From positions 523,230 to 587,229 of the forward strand of contig CBDCGS010000011.1 of NCBI GenBank assembly GCA_965216915.1: DNA of 64,000 nucleotides. Direction: 5' to 3'. Below the pieces are notes generated by a model, which had not been told where the DNA came from, made no database searches, and was given only the letters and a program-made list of their open reading frames with translations. This document shows, piece after piece, positions 39,134 to 48,774 of the stretch. The first letter of the stretch is position 1. Each line of letters begins with the position of its first letter. Source of the DNA: Alphaproteobacteria bacterium. GTDB taxonomy: Bacteria; Pseudomonadota; Alphaproteobacteria; UBA828. A program made the position numbers and the translations under genes.

Positions 39134-40225
39134 ATGGCACATCTACGCCTGACGGGTTTGGAAAAACGTTACGGGCGCGTGGACGCGCTCCGAGGCGTCG
39201 ACATCGAGGTCGAGGACGGCGAGTTCTATGTCCTCTTCGGCCCCAGCGCCGCCGGCAAGACCACGACGTTTCGCACGATCGCCGGGCTCGAGACGCCCGA
39301 CGCCGGGACCGTTGAGCTCGATGGCCAGGACCTCGGGCCCATCTCGGTCAAGCGGCGCGACATGGCGATGGTGTTCCAAAGCTTCGCGCTTTATCCGCAC
39401 CTGACGACACATCAGAACCTGGCCTATCCGCTGCGCGAAATGCGCCTGCCGCGCAAGGAAATCGATGCCCGCGTGCGCGAGACGGCCGAGCTGCTTCGGA
39501 TCACCCATACGTTGGACCGCCGCCCCGCCTCGTTGAGCGGCGGCGAGCAGCAGCGGCTCGCGATCGGCCGTGCAATCATCCGCCGGCCACGTCTCTTCCT
39601 CTTCGACGAGCCCTTGACCAACCTCGACGCCAAGCTCCGCCACGACATGCGCGCCGAGTTCAAACGCCTGCACCGGGAGATCGGCACGACGATGCTCTAT
39701 GCCACGCCCGACCAGCTCGAGGCGCTGAGCATGGGCCAGCGCATCGCCGTGATCCGAGACGGCCGCATCTCGCAGGTCGGCACACCGCAAGAACTCTACA
39801 ACGCGCCGGTCGACCGTAACGTCGCGGCACTGGTCGGGGACCCGCCGATCAATCTCGTGCCGGGGCGGTTCGTGCCCGGTGCCGACCATCCTCGCATCGT
39901 CCTGCCGTTCGTGGAGCTCGACGCCCGCGGCTGGCACAACCAGCTCCAGGGTTTCGCGCCGGAGGACGAGCTTTTGGTCGGCATACGTCCGCACGACCTT
40001 TCGCTCGCCGACACGGAGCAAACGGGCTTCACCGCGACCATCGAGATCACCGAACCGCAGGGCGACATCACGGTCTTGGACCTGAGTGCGGCCGGCGCGC
40101 CTTTGCGGATGGTGGTTCCCGAGGCTGCGGGCGCGGCCTACGCGCCGGGCGACACGATCCGTGTCGCGCTCGACCCACGCGCGACACGGCTCTTTATGAG
40201 CGACTCGGGAATGCTGGTGGCATAG
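39134..40225 (+). CDS. ABC transporter ATP-binding protein (MalK/UgpC-like, carbohydrate uptake type)
   Basis: Walker A GPSAAGKTT, signature LSGGEQQRLAIGRA, Walker B LFLFDEP and a C-terminal TOBE-like domain. Confidence 0.9.
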   Translation: MAHLRLTGLEKRYGRVDALRGVDIEVEDGEFYVLFGPSAAGKTTTFRTIAGLETPDAGTVELDGQDLGPISVKRRDMAMVFQSFALYPHLTTHQNLAYPLREMRLPRKEIDARVRETAELLRITHTLDRRPASLSGGEQQRLAIGRAIIRRPRLFLFDEPLTNLDAKLRHDMRAEFKRLHREIGTTMLYATPDQLEALSMGQRIAVIRDGRISQVGTPQELYNAPVDRNVAALVGDPPINLVPGRFVPGADHPRIVLPFVELDARGWHNQLQGFAPEDELLVGIRPHDLSLADTEQTGFTATIEITEPQGDITVLDLSAAGAPLRMVVPEAAGAAYAPGDTIRVALDPRATRLFMSDSGMLVA

Positions 40226-40327
40226 GATTAATAAGGGGAGCGCGGCTTGTCCGCGGACATGAGCGGCCGGCCCAGATCGGACAGATAAGAGCCGCTTTCG
40301 AGACCAACCAAGAATGGGAGTGACAGA

Positions 40328-41761
40328 ATGAGACTGACACTGAACGGGAGAACGACGCTCGCCGCCGGCGCGCTGGCGCTCGTCGTCGGGAGCGCGGCGT
40401 CGGGGCTGGCCTCCGCCAAGGAGATCGTCATCAACATGGCGGCGCCCGACTGGCCGCCGACGCGGATCATGCAAGATCTCGCGAACACCATGTACAAGGC
40501 GCCAAGCGGCAACGACGTGAAGCTCGTGATCGACTTCATTCCGTGGCCCAACTACTACGAAAAGCTCGCCGCCTCGCTCACCTCGGGCGAGGAGAAGTAT
40601 CAAATGGCGGTGAGCGACAGCCAATGGCTCGGCGCCAACATCGAGGGTGGCTACTACCTCAAGCTCAACGACTACATCGACGCCGACCCCGAGCTGCAGG
40701 CCGTGTTTGCGGAGCTGCATCCGAACCTGATCGCGTCCTACTCGACCTATCCGCACCGCACGGAGAATTTCTACGGGCTGCCGCAGATGCCCGACGTGCT
40801 GGTTGTGTACTACCGCAAGGACCTCTTCTGCGACGCGGGCGAGCAGGCGGCGTTCAAGGAGCGCTATGGCTACGACCTGCCATGCGATCCGCAAGACATG
40901 AACAATGTCGATTGGAGCCAGGTCGCCAACTTCGGTGAGTTCTTCCGCCGTTCGTCGGGCGACACGCTCGCCGGCGAAGCCCTGACCGACGATTTCTATG
41001 GAATCGCCTATCAGGCCGGCAAGGGCTACGACTTCAGCACCATGCAGATCAACGGCTTTATCTGGCAGCATGGCGGAAGCATTTGGGACGAGACCCAGGA
41101 GCCGGACGGTCAGGCCCTCGGTGTGGTGAACTCCGACACCGCGGTGACGGCGTTCGAGCACTATCTCTCGCTGCTCCAACACATGCCGCCCGTGGTCCAA
41201 ACCGGCACCATGGACATCTTCAAGGTCGACGAGCTCTTCCGCGAGGGCAAGGTTGCCTGGATCATCCAGTGGATCGGCTTCGGTGAATCGGCGATCTCGG
41301 CCGACACTTCGAAGGTGCATGACCGGGTCGACTTCGCGATGATGCCGGGCCTTCGCGCCGACGATGGCAGCATCACCCGTTGGTCGAACATCGGTGGGCA
41401 GCCGTTCGTGCTCACCACCTGGAACAACGATGAGGTCATCCAGGAGGCGCTCGATCTCTGCAAATGGTGGCTCTCCAAGGAGACCCAGAAGCTCTTCGCG
41501 CAGCGCGGTGGCCAAAGTGGGTTGAAGAGCGTGTATGGAAGCGCCGAATACGCCTCCTATCGCCCGTGGAACCATGCGTTTGGGCCGAGCCTCGATTGGC
41601 AGAAGGACGTGTGGCACATTCCCGAGTTCTTCGAGCTGCTGGTGCAGCAGCAAGAGGAGTTCGACAAGGCCATCACGGGCCAGATCTCGGCGAAAGAGGC
41701 CCTCGATAACATCGCGAACTTCCAGGACGAGCTCCTGCGCGATGCCGGGCGCATCGAGTAG
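40328..41761 (+). CDS. ABC transporter substrate-binding protein (extracellular solute-binding protein family 1)
   Basis: Signal peptide and SBP_bac_1-like composition. RBS GGGAG upstream. Confidence 0.9.
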   Translation: MRLTLNGRTTLAAGALALVVGSAASGLASAKEIVINMAAPDWPPTRIMQDLANTMYKAPSGNDVKLVIDFIPWPNYYEKLAASLTSGEEKYQMAVSDSQWLGANIEGGYYLKLNDYIDADPELQAVFAELHPNLIASYSTYPHRTENFYGLPQMPDVLVVYYRKDLFCDAGEQAAFKERYGYDLPCDPQDMNNVDWSQVANFGEFFRRSSGDTLAGEALTDDFYGIAYQAGKGYDFSTMQINGFIWQHGGSIWDETQEPDGQALGVVNSDTAVTAFEHYLSLLQHMPPVVQTGTMDIFKVDELFREGKVAWIIQWIGFGESAISADTSKVHDRVDFAMMPGLRADDGSITRWSNIGGQPFVLTTWNNDEVIQEALDLCKWWLSKETQKLFAQRGGQSGLKSVYGSAEYASYRPWNHAFGPSLDWQKDVWHIPEFFELLVQQQEEFDKAITGQISAKEALDNIANFQDELLRDAGRIE

Positions 41762-41772
41762 CGTTTGACCTT

Positions 41773-41800
41773 GTGAGGGGGCGCGCCCGCGTCCCCTCAC
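41773..41800 (+). terminator. Intergenic GC-rich stem-loop between the binding-protein and permease genes (possible attenuating terminator / mRNA-stabilising hairpin)
   Basis: Perfect 8-bp stem GTGAGGGG / CCCCTCAC with a 12-nt loop, followed by ATTCCTCTC. Confidence 0.45.
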
Positions 41801-41848
41801 ATTCCTCTCGCATCCACGTCAAGCGCGGCTCGTCCGCGCGCCCGAGAC

Positions 41849-42760
41849 ATGGCCTCCTACACACCGGACACCGGCAACTTTCTCGAGCGCTTCTTCGCGC
41901 AGAACCGCGGCCCGATTCTGGTCGCGCCGGCGCTCGCCGTGCTGGTGCTGATGAACATCTTCCCGCTGCTCTGGTCGTTCGGCCTGAGCTTCTATCGCTA
42001 CCGCGCGAACCGCATCAAAGAGCCCGAGTTCGTGTGGTTCCGCAATTACGAGAAGGTGCTTTCGGATTCGACGGTCTGGGAGCGCTTTCAAACGACCGCG
42101 CTCATCGTCACCATCGACGTGCTGCTGCAGCTCGTTGTGGGCTTCCTGCTGGCGTTGCTCTTTGAAAAGGCGTTTCCGGGCCGGCGCGTTCTCCTGATGC
42201 TCGTGCTGACCCCGATGATGCTCAGCTTCGTCGCGGTCGGCGCCTTCTTCCGCTACTACTACGAGCCGACCTTTGGTCTCTTGAGCCAGGCGGTGAAGGC
42301 GATCACCGGCGAGCCGTTCATCCTGCTCGGCTCCCCGGCCGGCGCGATCGCCGCCATCATCTTCGCGGACGTCTGGATGTGGTCGCCGTTCGTCATGCTG
42401 CTGGTGCTTGCGGGCCTGGTCAGCGTGCCGAAGCATCTCTACGAGGCCGCCGAGATCGACCGTGCCTCCTGGTGGCGCCGCTTCTGGACGATCACCTTCC
42501 CCTATATCCGGGGGCTGTTGCTCCTCGCGATCCTCTTCCGCACGATCGAGGCGTTCAAGCTGTTCGACATCGTGTTCCTCATCACAGAGGGCGGGCCGGG
42601 CACCTCGACCGAGACCATCGCGGTTTACGTCTACCGGGTCGCGTTCCAGTACTTCAAGACAAGCGAGTCGGCGGCGCTGGGTTATATCCTCCTGTTCGTG
42701 GTGATCGTGCTGACCAACCTCTACCTCTACTTCGTCCGACGAAGAGCGGAGGAGCCGTAG
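41849..42760 (+). CDS. ABC transporter permease (MalF/UgpA-like)
   Basis: Multi-TM protein with an EAA-like loop (YEAAEIDRASWWRRFWTITFP). Confidence 0.9.
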   Translation: MASYTPDTGNFLERFFAQNRGPILVAPALAVLVLMNIFPLLWSFGLSFYRYRANRIKEPEFVWFRNYEKVLSDSTVWERFQTTALIVTIDVLLQLVVGFLLALLFEKAFPGRRVLLMLVLTPMMLSFVAVGAFFRYYYEPTFGLLSQAVKAITGEPFILLGSPAGAIAAIIFADVWMWSPFVMLLVLAGLVSVPKHLYEAAEIDRASWWRRFWTITFPYIRGLLLLAILFRTIEAFKLFDIVFLITEGGPGTSTETIAVYVYRVAFQYFKTSESAALGYILLFVVIVLTNLYLYFVRRRAEEP

Positions 42761-42761
42761 C

Positions 42762-43631
42762 ATGGCGCGTAGGCGACGCGAGATCGGAAAGGCCGGCTGG
42801 GGGCGCTCAGGTTTCGCGCTGATCATCAGCTTCATCTACTTCTTCCCGGTGCTGTGGATCATCCTGACCGCATTCAAATCCCACACGGATGCGCTCTCGA
42901 TCCCGCCCAAGTTCATTTTCACGCCGACCTTCGAGAATTTCGTCGGCGTGTTCTCGCGCGCCTATCAGCGTGGCGGCGAGGCGGTCGATACCGGCTTCGA
43001 CCTCTTCTTCTTCAACAGCGTCTTCGTCGCCGGCGTCTCGGTGCTGGCCGCCCTGATCATCGGCACGATCGCGGCTTATGGCTTCTCGCGCTGGCCTCTC
43101 AAGGGCAACGACACCTACATGTTCATCATCCTGACGACGCGCATGTTGCCGCCGATCATCGTCATCATCCCGATCTTCATCATGTTCCGGGTGACGGGGC
43201 TTTCGGGCAGCTATGTCGGGATCATCCTGCTCTACACGGCGTTCAACCTGCCGTTCACGATCTGGATGATGAAGAGCTTCTTCGACGAAATCCCGCGCGA
43301 GGTGGAGGATGCCGCGCGCATGGATGGCAGCTCCGAGACCAAGATTTTCTTCCGAATATGCCTGCCGCAGGTGAAGGCCGGCGTCGCGGCGACCGCGGTG
43401 TTCGGCCTCATCCTCACCTGGAACGAATTCCTCTTCGCCCTGTTGCTGACCGGCCGCGACACGCGCACCGTCCCGGTCGCGATGGCCCAGACGATCGGCG
43501 GCGACATCGGCGTGCGTTGGGGCCTCTTGGCCGCGATCGAGACTCTCTTCCTCATCCCCGTCGTGATCGTCACGTTCCTGCTGCAGAACCAGCTTCTGCG
43601 CGGCGTGACCTTCGGCACGATCAAGCGCTGA
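42762..43631 (+). CDS. ABC transporter permease (MalG/UgpE-like)
   Basis: EAA loop DEIPREVEDAARMDGSS; the start lies 1 nt after the previous stop. Confidence 0.9.
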   Translation: MARRRREIGKAGWGRSGFALIISFIYFFPVLWIILTAFKSHTDALSIPPKFIFTPTFENFVGVFSRAYQRGGEAVDTGFDLFFFNSVFVAGVSVLAALIIGTIAAYGFSRWPLKGNDTYMFIILTTRMLPPIIVIIPIFIMFRVTGLSGSYVGIILLYTAFNLPFTIWMMKSFFDEIPREVEDAARMDGSSETKIFFRICLPQVKAGVAATAVFGLILTWNEFLFALLLTGRDTRTVPVAMAQTIGGDIGVRWGLLAAIETLFLIPVVIVTFLLQNQLLRGVTFGTIKR

Positions 43632-43644
43632 GGCGGCACCGGCC

Positions 43645-44739
43645 ATGGCGGATATCGAGCTCCGTGCCCTCACCAAGCGCTTCGGCAGCCTGACGGCCGT
43701 CGACGATATCGACCTCGACATCGAGGCCGGCGAGGTGATGTGTCTGCTCGGCCCCTCGGGCTGCGGCAAGACCACGACGCTTCGCATGATCGCGGGCCTC
43801 GAGGACATCACGGCCGGCGACGTCTACATCGCCGGCAAGCGCGTCAACGACCTCGGCCCGTCGGAGCGCGACATTGCGATGGTGTTCCAATTCTACGCGC
43901 TTTATCCGAGCCTCACGGTCGCCGAGAACCTGGCCTTCCCGCTGCACGCCGAGCGCATCTCGAAGAGCGAGATCGAGACACGGGTCAACCGGATCGCCGG
44001 GCTGCTCGATCTGACGGCCGTGATGGATCGCATCCCGGGCCGGCTTGCCGAGGGCGAGAAGCAGCGCGTCGCGGTGGGACGCGCGATCATCCGCGACCCG
44101 CAATGCTTCCTCTTCGACGAGCCGTTGAGCCGTCTCGATATTGCCGTGCGCCAGGAGATGCGCGGCCAGATCAAGCAGCTCCTGCGCGGTCTCCACAAGG
44201 CGACGGTGATCGTGACCCACGACCAGATCGAGGCGCTCACCATCGCCGATCGGGTCGCCGTGATGCGCGACGGCATCATCGAGCAGGTCGCGAGCCCCCA
44301 TGACATCTTCGCGCGGCCGAGCAATGTGTTCGTCGCGGGCTTTATCGGCACACCCCAGATGAACTTGCTGGAGGCGGAGGCGCGGGGCGCCGCCGACGGG
44401 ATCTTGCAGGTACAGATGCTCGGGCAGGACGTCGCGCTGCCGGTCGGCGAGAGCGCCGCATGCCGGGTCGATGCCGCGTCGCGCGGCCTGACCGTCGGCA
44501 TTCGTCCGCGCGGCCTTGTGGCGACGGAAACACCCGATGCCACGACGCTCTCAGGCGACGTTGATTTGATCGAGCCCATGGGCGCAGAGACCCTGATCCA
44601 TATGCGAACCGGCAGCCAGGACGTTCGGATCGTCGCCGATCACCGCGCGAACATCAGCGTCGGCGACACCATTCATGTCCGCGCCGTCGAGGGCCAGGTC
44701 CACCTTTTCGGCGCCGACGAAGCGAGGATTTCGGCATGA
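43645..44739 (+). CDS. ABC transporter ATP-binding protein (second MalK-like ATPase of the same locus)
   Basis: Walker A GPSGCGKTT, signature LAEGEKQRVAVGRA, Walker B LFDEP. Confidence 0.9.
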   Translation: MADIELRALTKRFGSLTAVDDIDLDIEAGEVMCLLGPSGCGKTTTLRMIAGLEDITAGDVYIAGKRVNDLGPSERDIAMVFQFYALYPSLTVAENLAFPLHAERISKSEIETRVNRIAGLLDLTAVMDRIPGRLAEGEKQRVAVGRAIIRDPQCFLFDEPLSRLDIAVRQEMRGQIKQLLRGLHKATVIVTHDQIEALTIADRVAVMRDGIIEQVASPHDIFARPSNVFVAGFIGTPQMNLLEAEARGAADGILQVQMLGQDVALPVGESAACRVDAASRGLTVGIRPRGLVATETPDATTLSGDVDLIEPMGAETLIHMRTGSQDVRIVADHRANISVGDTIHVRAVEGQVHLFGADEARISA

Positions 44740-45050
44740 GTGAGATCGAGCAAGGGCATGTCGCCGCCGCGCCCGCACGCACCATGTCGCGGCGCACCGC
44801 GCGGCTCGTGGTGCTCTCGATCATCCTGCTCTGCTTGCTGGCGCTCCTGTTCATTTTTCAGCCGGTGTGGCGGCCGCTCTTCTCGGCCGGCTGCGTGATG
44901 GTCGTCGTCGGCGGCCTCGCGTTTAATCTCGTGCCCTTCGCGAACACGCAAAACCCGGTTGGGCGGGTCCTGAAGGTGGGCGGAATCGTGCTGGCGATCC
45001 TCGCGGTGGTCGTGCTCATCGCGATCGGCTGCGTCGAGTTCATTCTCTAA
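44736..45050 (+). CDS. Small membrane protein (2 TM), translationally coupled to the ATPase (ATGA)
   Basis: Hydrophobic segments LVVLSIILLCLLALLFIF and GGIVLAILAVVVLIAIG. Confidence 0.5.
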   Translation: MSEIEQGHVAAAPARTMSRRTARLVVLSIILLCLLALLFIFQPVWRPLFSAGCVMVVVGGLAFNLVPFANTQNPVGRVLKVGGIVLAILAVVVLIAIGCVEFIL

Positions 45051-45061
45051 AGGAGACCGCG

Positions 45062-45529
45062 ATGTCGAGCGATGCCCGCGCGCATTATGTCCGCCTTGTG
45101 GAGGAAGAGTATTTCGGGAGCGTGAGCCGCGCAGACGTCGCCGGCGCGCTCGCCTGCTTCACCGACGACGCCACGGTCACGATCTTCCACGGCGACGCCG
45201 TGCCCCGCGTCTTCAAGAAGACGCCCGGGGCCGACGAAACGCCACTCTCGCGCTTCTTCGAGCACCTCGTGGCGAACTATGAGCCGCGGTTCACCGAGTT
45301 CGTGCATTACATCGAACCCGAGGCCGGGCGTTGCGCCGCGCGCTTTCTCGTCACCCTGACACCGCGAGCGGAGTCCGCTTACCGCGACGCGGGCGTGCAG
45401 CGCTTACGCAACTGCAACTTCTTCGAATGCCGCGATGGGCGCATCCGGGACATGATCGTCTATTACACCAACCCGGGCTCGGCCGGCGAGGCGGTTGGTC
45501 CCCGCCCCACCGGCTTTCCCAAGGCCTGA
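45062..45529 (+). CDS. NTF2-like / SnoaL-like fold protein
   Basis: Strong RBS AAGGAGA. Length and composition are typical of SnoaL-like domain proteins; the family call is tentative. Confidence 0.6.
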   Translation: MSSDARAHYVRLVEEEYFGSVSRADVAGALACFTDDATVTIFHGDAVPRVFKKTPGADETPLSRFFEHLVANYEPRFTEFVHYIEPEAGRCAARFLVTLTPRAESAYRDAGVQRLRNCNFFECRDGRIRDMIVYYTNPGSAGEAVGPRPTGFPKA

Positions 45530-45558
45530 GGCCCGGCCACGCTCAGGAGGCGGCGTGC

Positions 45559-46095
45559 TTAGGCCGCCTCGGTGAATGCCCGCTCCTTCACATGGGCAAG
45601 CATGGTGTCGGCGTCGGAGACCTCGAACGGATCATCCTCGACATTGTCGCCGAGCCCCGGCTCGACGAACATTTGCGTGATCTCACCGTCCTCCACCAGC
45701 ATCGAATAGCGCCAGCTGCGGTAGCCGAAACCGAGATTGTCCTTGTCGACGAGCATGCCCATGAGGCGTGTGAACGTTGCCGAGCCGTCGGGCAGCATCG
45801 TCACCTTCTCGACGCCGAGCGAGCCCGCCCAGCGGAACATGACAAAGGCATCGTTCACGGCGAGGCAGATCACCTCGTCGACCCCGGCATCGATGAACGC
45901 ATCGTGGAGTTCCTCGAAGCGGGGGAGATGGGTCGAGCTGCAGGTCGGCGTGAAAGCGCCCGGCAGGGCGAATACGACCACGCGCCGGCCGTCAAAAATC
46001 TCGGATGAGCGCCGGTCCTGCCAGCGGAAAGGGTTCGGGCCCTCCACGCTTTCGTCACGGACACGGGTTTTGAACACGACATCGGGGACACGCAT
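45559..46095 (-). CDS. Peroxiredoxin, Prx5-like (AhpC/TSA family thiol peroxidase)
   Basis: Peroxidatic Cys motif PGAFTPTCS. RBS GGGAGG precedes the ATG at 46095. Confidence 0.85.
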   Translation of the reverse strand: MRVPDVVFKTRVRDESVEGPNPFRWQDRRSSEIFDGRRVVVFALPGAFTPTCSSTHLPRFEELHDAFIDAGVDEVICLAVNDAFVMFRWAGSLGVEKVTMLPDGSATFTRLMGMLVDKDNLGFGYRSWRYSMLVEDGEITQMFVEPGLGDNVEDDPFEVSDADTMLAHVKERAFTEAA

Positions 46096-46116
46096 GGCGA
46101 GGCCTCCCATTTTCCG

Positions 46117-46152
46117 ATAATTGCTGCTATTCCTTATTTAGAATCGTTCTAA
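46117..46152. promoter_or_regulatory. Candidate OxyR-type (LysR) operator upstream of the peroxiredoxin: ATAA-N6-CTAT-N7-TTAG-N7-CTAA, including the palindrome TAGAATCGTTCTA
   Basis: Four half-site-like elements at ~10-11-bp spacing, 22-57 bp upstream of the prx start codon, inside an AT-rich divergent region. Confidence 0.35.
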
Positions 46153-46422
46153 TGTTTGACAAGGCCTGTGACCCACATTTTTTCGCGCCCCGGCCCCTGC
46201 AGGCTGATCCGCCGACCGTCAAACGCCCGCCTTTGACGGTAGAAGATCGCTCCTAAATTTTCCAAAACATATAAATAATTACAATAGAAACTTGCACGAT
46301 CAATCCTTTATTATTGGATTTTCTCGAAGCGATTTATTGAATTCGGGCAGCTATCATGACAATACGGCCACGTGAATACCGAACTTACTTGAGACCTTGA
46401 ACATCGATCGGGTGCTACGTTA

Positions 46423-46548
46423 ATGGGCAACATATTCATGGCCGTCATCGCACTCTTCAGTGTTCTCGCCGTCAGCGTCGCGGTCGTGTACATGATTGCG
46501 ACCGGCACATTTCCGACGAGCCTCGACGCGCTGATGGACATGTTCTAG
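46423..46548 (+). CDS. Unannotated 41-codon micro-ORF encoding a hydrophobic single-TM peptide (MGNIFMAVIALFSVLAVSVAVVYMIATGTFPTSLDALMDMF)
   Basis: ATG...TAG ORF immediately upstream of hyuA in the AT-rich leader; below the ORF-track length cut-off. Confidence 0.3.
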   Translation: MGNIFMAVIALFSVLAVSVAVVYMIATGTFPTSLDALMDMF

Positions 46549-46671
46549 GCGGCCGGTCCGGCGAAAACGGCCGGCTCCGGCCCTCGGGCCGCGCTGGCAC
46601 GCGCCAAGTGGCTCGACGTGGCCGCGGTTTCACCCCAATATCTGCGCTCTGTGAAACCGGCGGGGCCGAGA

Positions 46672-48774
46672 ATGACTGGTGACGAGCGCGCACGGATCGG
46701 CGTGGATATCGGCGGCACCTTCACCGATGTGGTGCTGGAGCGCGCCGGTGCGCGCTTCACGGCGAAGGTGCTGACCACGCCCCAGGCGCCCGAGGACGGC
46801 GTGCAAAACGGCCTTTCGCGCGTCATGGACCAGGCCGGCGTCACTCCCGACGCGGTTTCCCTGGTGATTCACGGCACCACCCTCGCGACCAACGCCCTGA
46901 TTGAGCGCAAGGGCGCGAAAACGGCGCTCATCACCACCGAGGGTTTTCGTGATTCAATTGAAATGGGCACCGAAAGCCGCTTCGAGCAATACGACATCTA
47001 CATGGAAAAGCCGACACCGCTCGTGCCACGGCACCTGCGCGTGCCGGTGGCCGAGCGGCTCAACGCAGCCGGCGAGGCGGTGCTACCGCTCGACGAGGCT
47101 AGGCTGCGCGCGGTCGCGGGCGAGCTGGCGAGCGCCGGCGTGGAGAGCATCGCGATCGGCTTTCTCCACAGTTATGTGAACCCGGCGCACGAGGAACGCG
47201 CGAGAGAGATTCTGAGCGAAGTCCTCCCTGACGTGCCGACGTCGCTCTCCTGCGAGGTGGCGCCGGAAATGCGCGAATATGAGCGCTTCTCGACCGCCTG
47301 CGCGAACGCCTATGTCCAGCCGGTGATGGCGCGATACCTGAAGCGGCTGGAAGCGCAGCTCCGCACCCAGGGCTTCGACTGCCCGCTGTTCGTGATGTTG
47401 TCGGGCGGCGGCGTGACCGATATCGAGACCGCCGTGCGCTTCCCTATCCGCCTCGTCGAATCGGGTCCGGTGGGGGGCGCGGTGTTCGCGAGCGACGTTG
47501 CCAAGCGATCAGACCTCGATCGCGTGCTCTCGTTCGACATGGGCGGCACGACGGCGAAGATCTGCTTCATCGACAATGCGCAGCCGCAAACGGCGCGCAG
47601 CTTCGAGGTCGCCCGCGCGCACCGCTTCCTCAAGGGTAGCGGGTTGCCGCTGCGCATCCCCGTGATCGAAATGGTCGAGATCGGCGCAGGTGGCGGGTCG
47701 ATCGCCAAGGTCGATCAGCTCGGCCGTATCACGGTCGGCCCGGAGAGCGCAGGCGCCGACCCCGGCCCGGCCTGTTATGGCCAGGGCGGCACAGCACCGG
47801 CGGTGAGCGATGCCGATGTCGCGCTCGGCCGCATCGACCCCGACGCATTTTCGGGCGGCCGCATCGCCCTCGACGCGGATGCCGCGGCGCAGGCGCTCGG
47901 GCGCGACGTCGGCGAGGCACTCGGCCTCGAGCCTCGCATCGCCGCGCTTGGCATCAGTGAAATGGTCGATGAGAACATGGCGAGCGCCGCGCGCGTGCAT
48001 GCGATCGAGATCGGCGCAACACTTGGCGAGCGCACCATGATCGCCTTTGGTGGCGCCGCGCCCCTGCATGCCGCGCGGCTCGCCGAAAAGCTCGAGATGG
48101 ACCGGGTGATCGTGCCGACCTCCGCCGCGGTTGGCTCGGCGGTGGGCTTCCTGCGCGCGCCGGTGGCCTACCAAGTCATCCACACCGCCTACCAAACCCT
48201 TTCGACATTCGATCCCGCCGCGGCAAACCGCGCGCTCGACGCGATGCGTGCCGAAGCCGAGGCCATCGTCGCGCGCGGCGCGCCTGGCGAGCCCACGGAG
48301 GAAACGCGCACCGCGTTCATGCGCTATCTCGGGCAGGGTCACGAGGTGCCGGTCCCGCTGCCGGTGCGGACATGGCAAGCCAGCGATACGGCGCTCATCC
48401 GTGACGCGTTCGAGGAGGCCTACGAACGGCTCTACGGGCGTATCATCCCGGAGCTCGATCTCGAGATCGTGAGCTGGTCCGTTCAGGTGGCGGCCGTTCC
48501 CTCCGTCACGGCCGCGAACGGCGCGGGTATCGTCGCCTCAACGCCGGCGGCGCACGGGACCCGGCAAGTCTTGGATCCCGGCCGCGGCGGGCTGGTCGAT
48601 GCCGCCCTATACCGGCGCGAAGACCTGTCCGCAGGCGCACGCATCGAGGGGCCGGCGCTGATCCTGGAGACCGACACCACGACGGTGGTGAGCGCGGCAT
48701 TTGCCGCAGCCGTGGACGCGCAAGGGTTCATCGTGATGGAGCGGCGCACAGAAAATACCGGAGACAGCCCATGA
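46672..48774 (+). CDS. Hydantoinase A / N-methylhydantoinase A-like (HyuA; oxoprolinase family beta-type subunit)
   Basis: N-terminal motif IGVDIGGTFTDVVL and an extensive Hydantoinase_A-like sequence. Start is either ATG 46672 or GTG 46618. Confidence 0.9.
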   Translation: MTGDERARIGVDIGGTFTDVVLERAGARFTAKVLTTPQAPEDGVQNGLSRVMDQAGVTPDAVSLVIHGTTLATNALIERKGAKTALITTEGFRDSIEMGTESRFEQYDIYMEKPTPLVPRHLRVPVAERLNAAGEAVLPLDEARLRAVAGELASAGVESIAIGFLHSYVNPAHEERAREILSEVLPDVPTSLSCEVAPEMREYERFSTACANAYVQPVMARYLKRLEAQLRTQGFDCPLFVMLSGGGVTDIETAVRFPIRLVESGPVGGAVFASDVAKRSDLDRVLSFDMGGTTAKICFIDNAQPQTARSFEVARAHRFLKGSGLPLRIPVIEMVEIGAGGGSIAKVDQLGRITVGPESAGADPGPACYGQGGTAPAVSDADVALGRIDPDAFSGGRIALDADAAAQALGRDVGEALGLEPRIAALGISEMVDENMASAARVHAIEIGATLGERTMIAFGGAAPLHAARLAEKLEMDRVIVPTSAAVGSAVGFLRAPVAYQVIHTAYQTLSTFDPAAANRALDAMRAEAEAIVARGAPGEPTEETRTAFMRYLGQGHEVPVPLPVRTWQASDTALIRDAFEEAYERLYGRIIPELDLEIVSWSVQVAAVPSVTAANGAGIVASTPAAHGTRQVLDPGRGGLVDAALYRREDLSAGARIEGPALILETDTTTVVSAAFAAAVDAQGFIVMERRTENTGDSP

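Noticed and set aside
45547-45570. 8-bp hairpin GAGGCGGC-N8-GCCGCCTC between the convergent NTF2-like and peroxiredoxin genes
   Set aside because: It overlaps the last codons of the peroxiredoxin gene and has no T-run on either strand, so it cannot be called a terminator with confidence.
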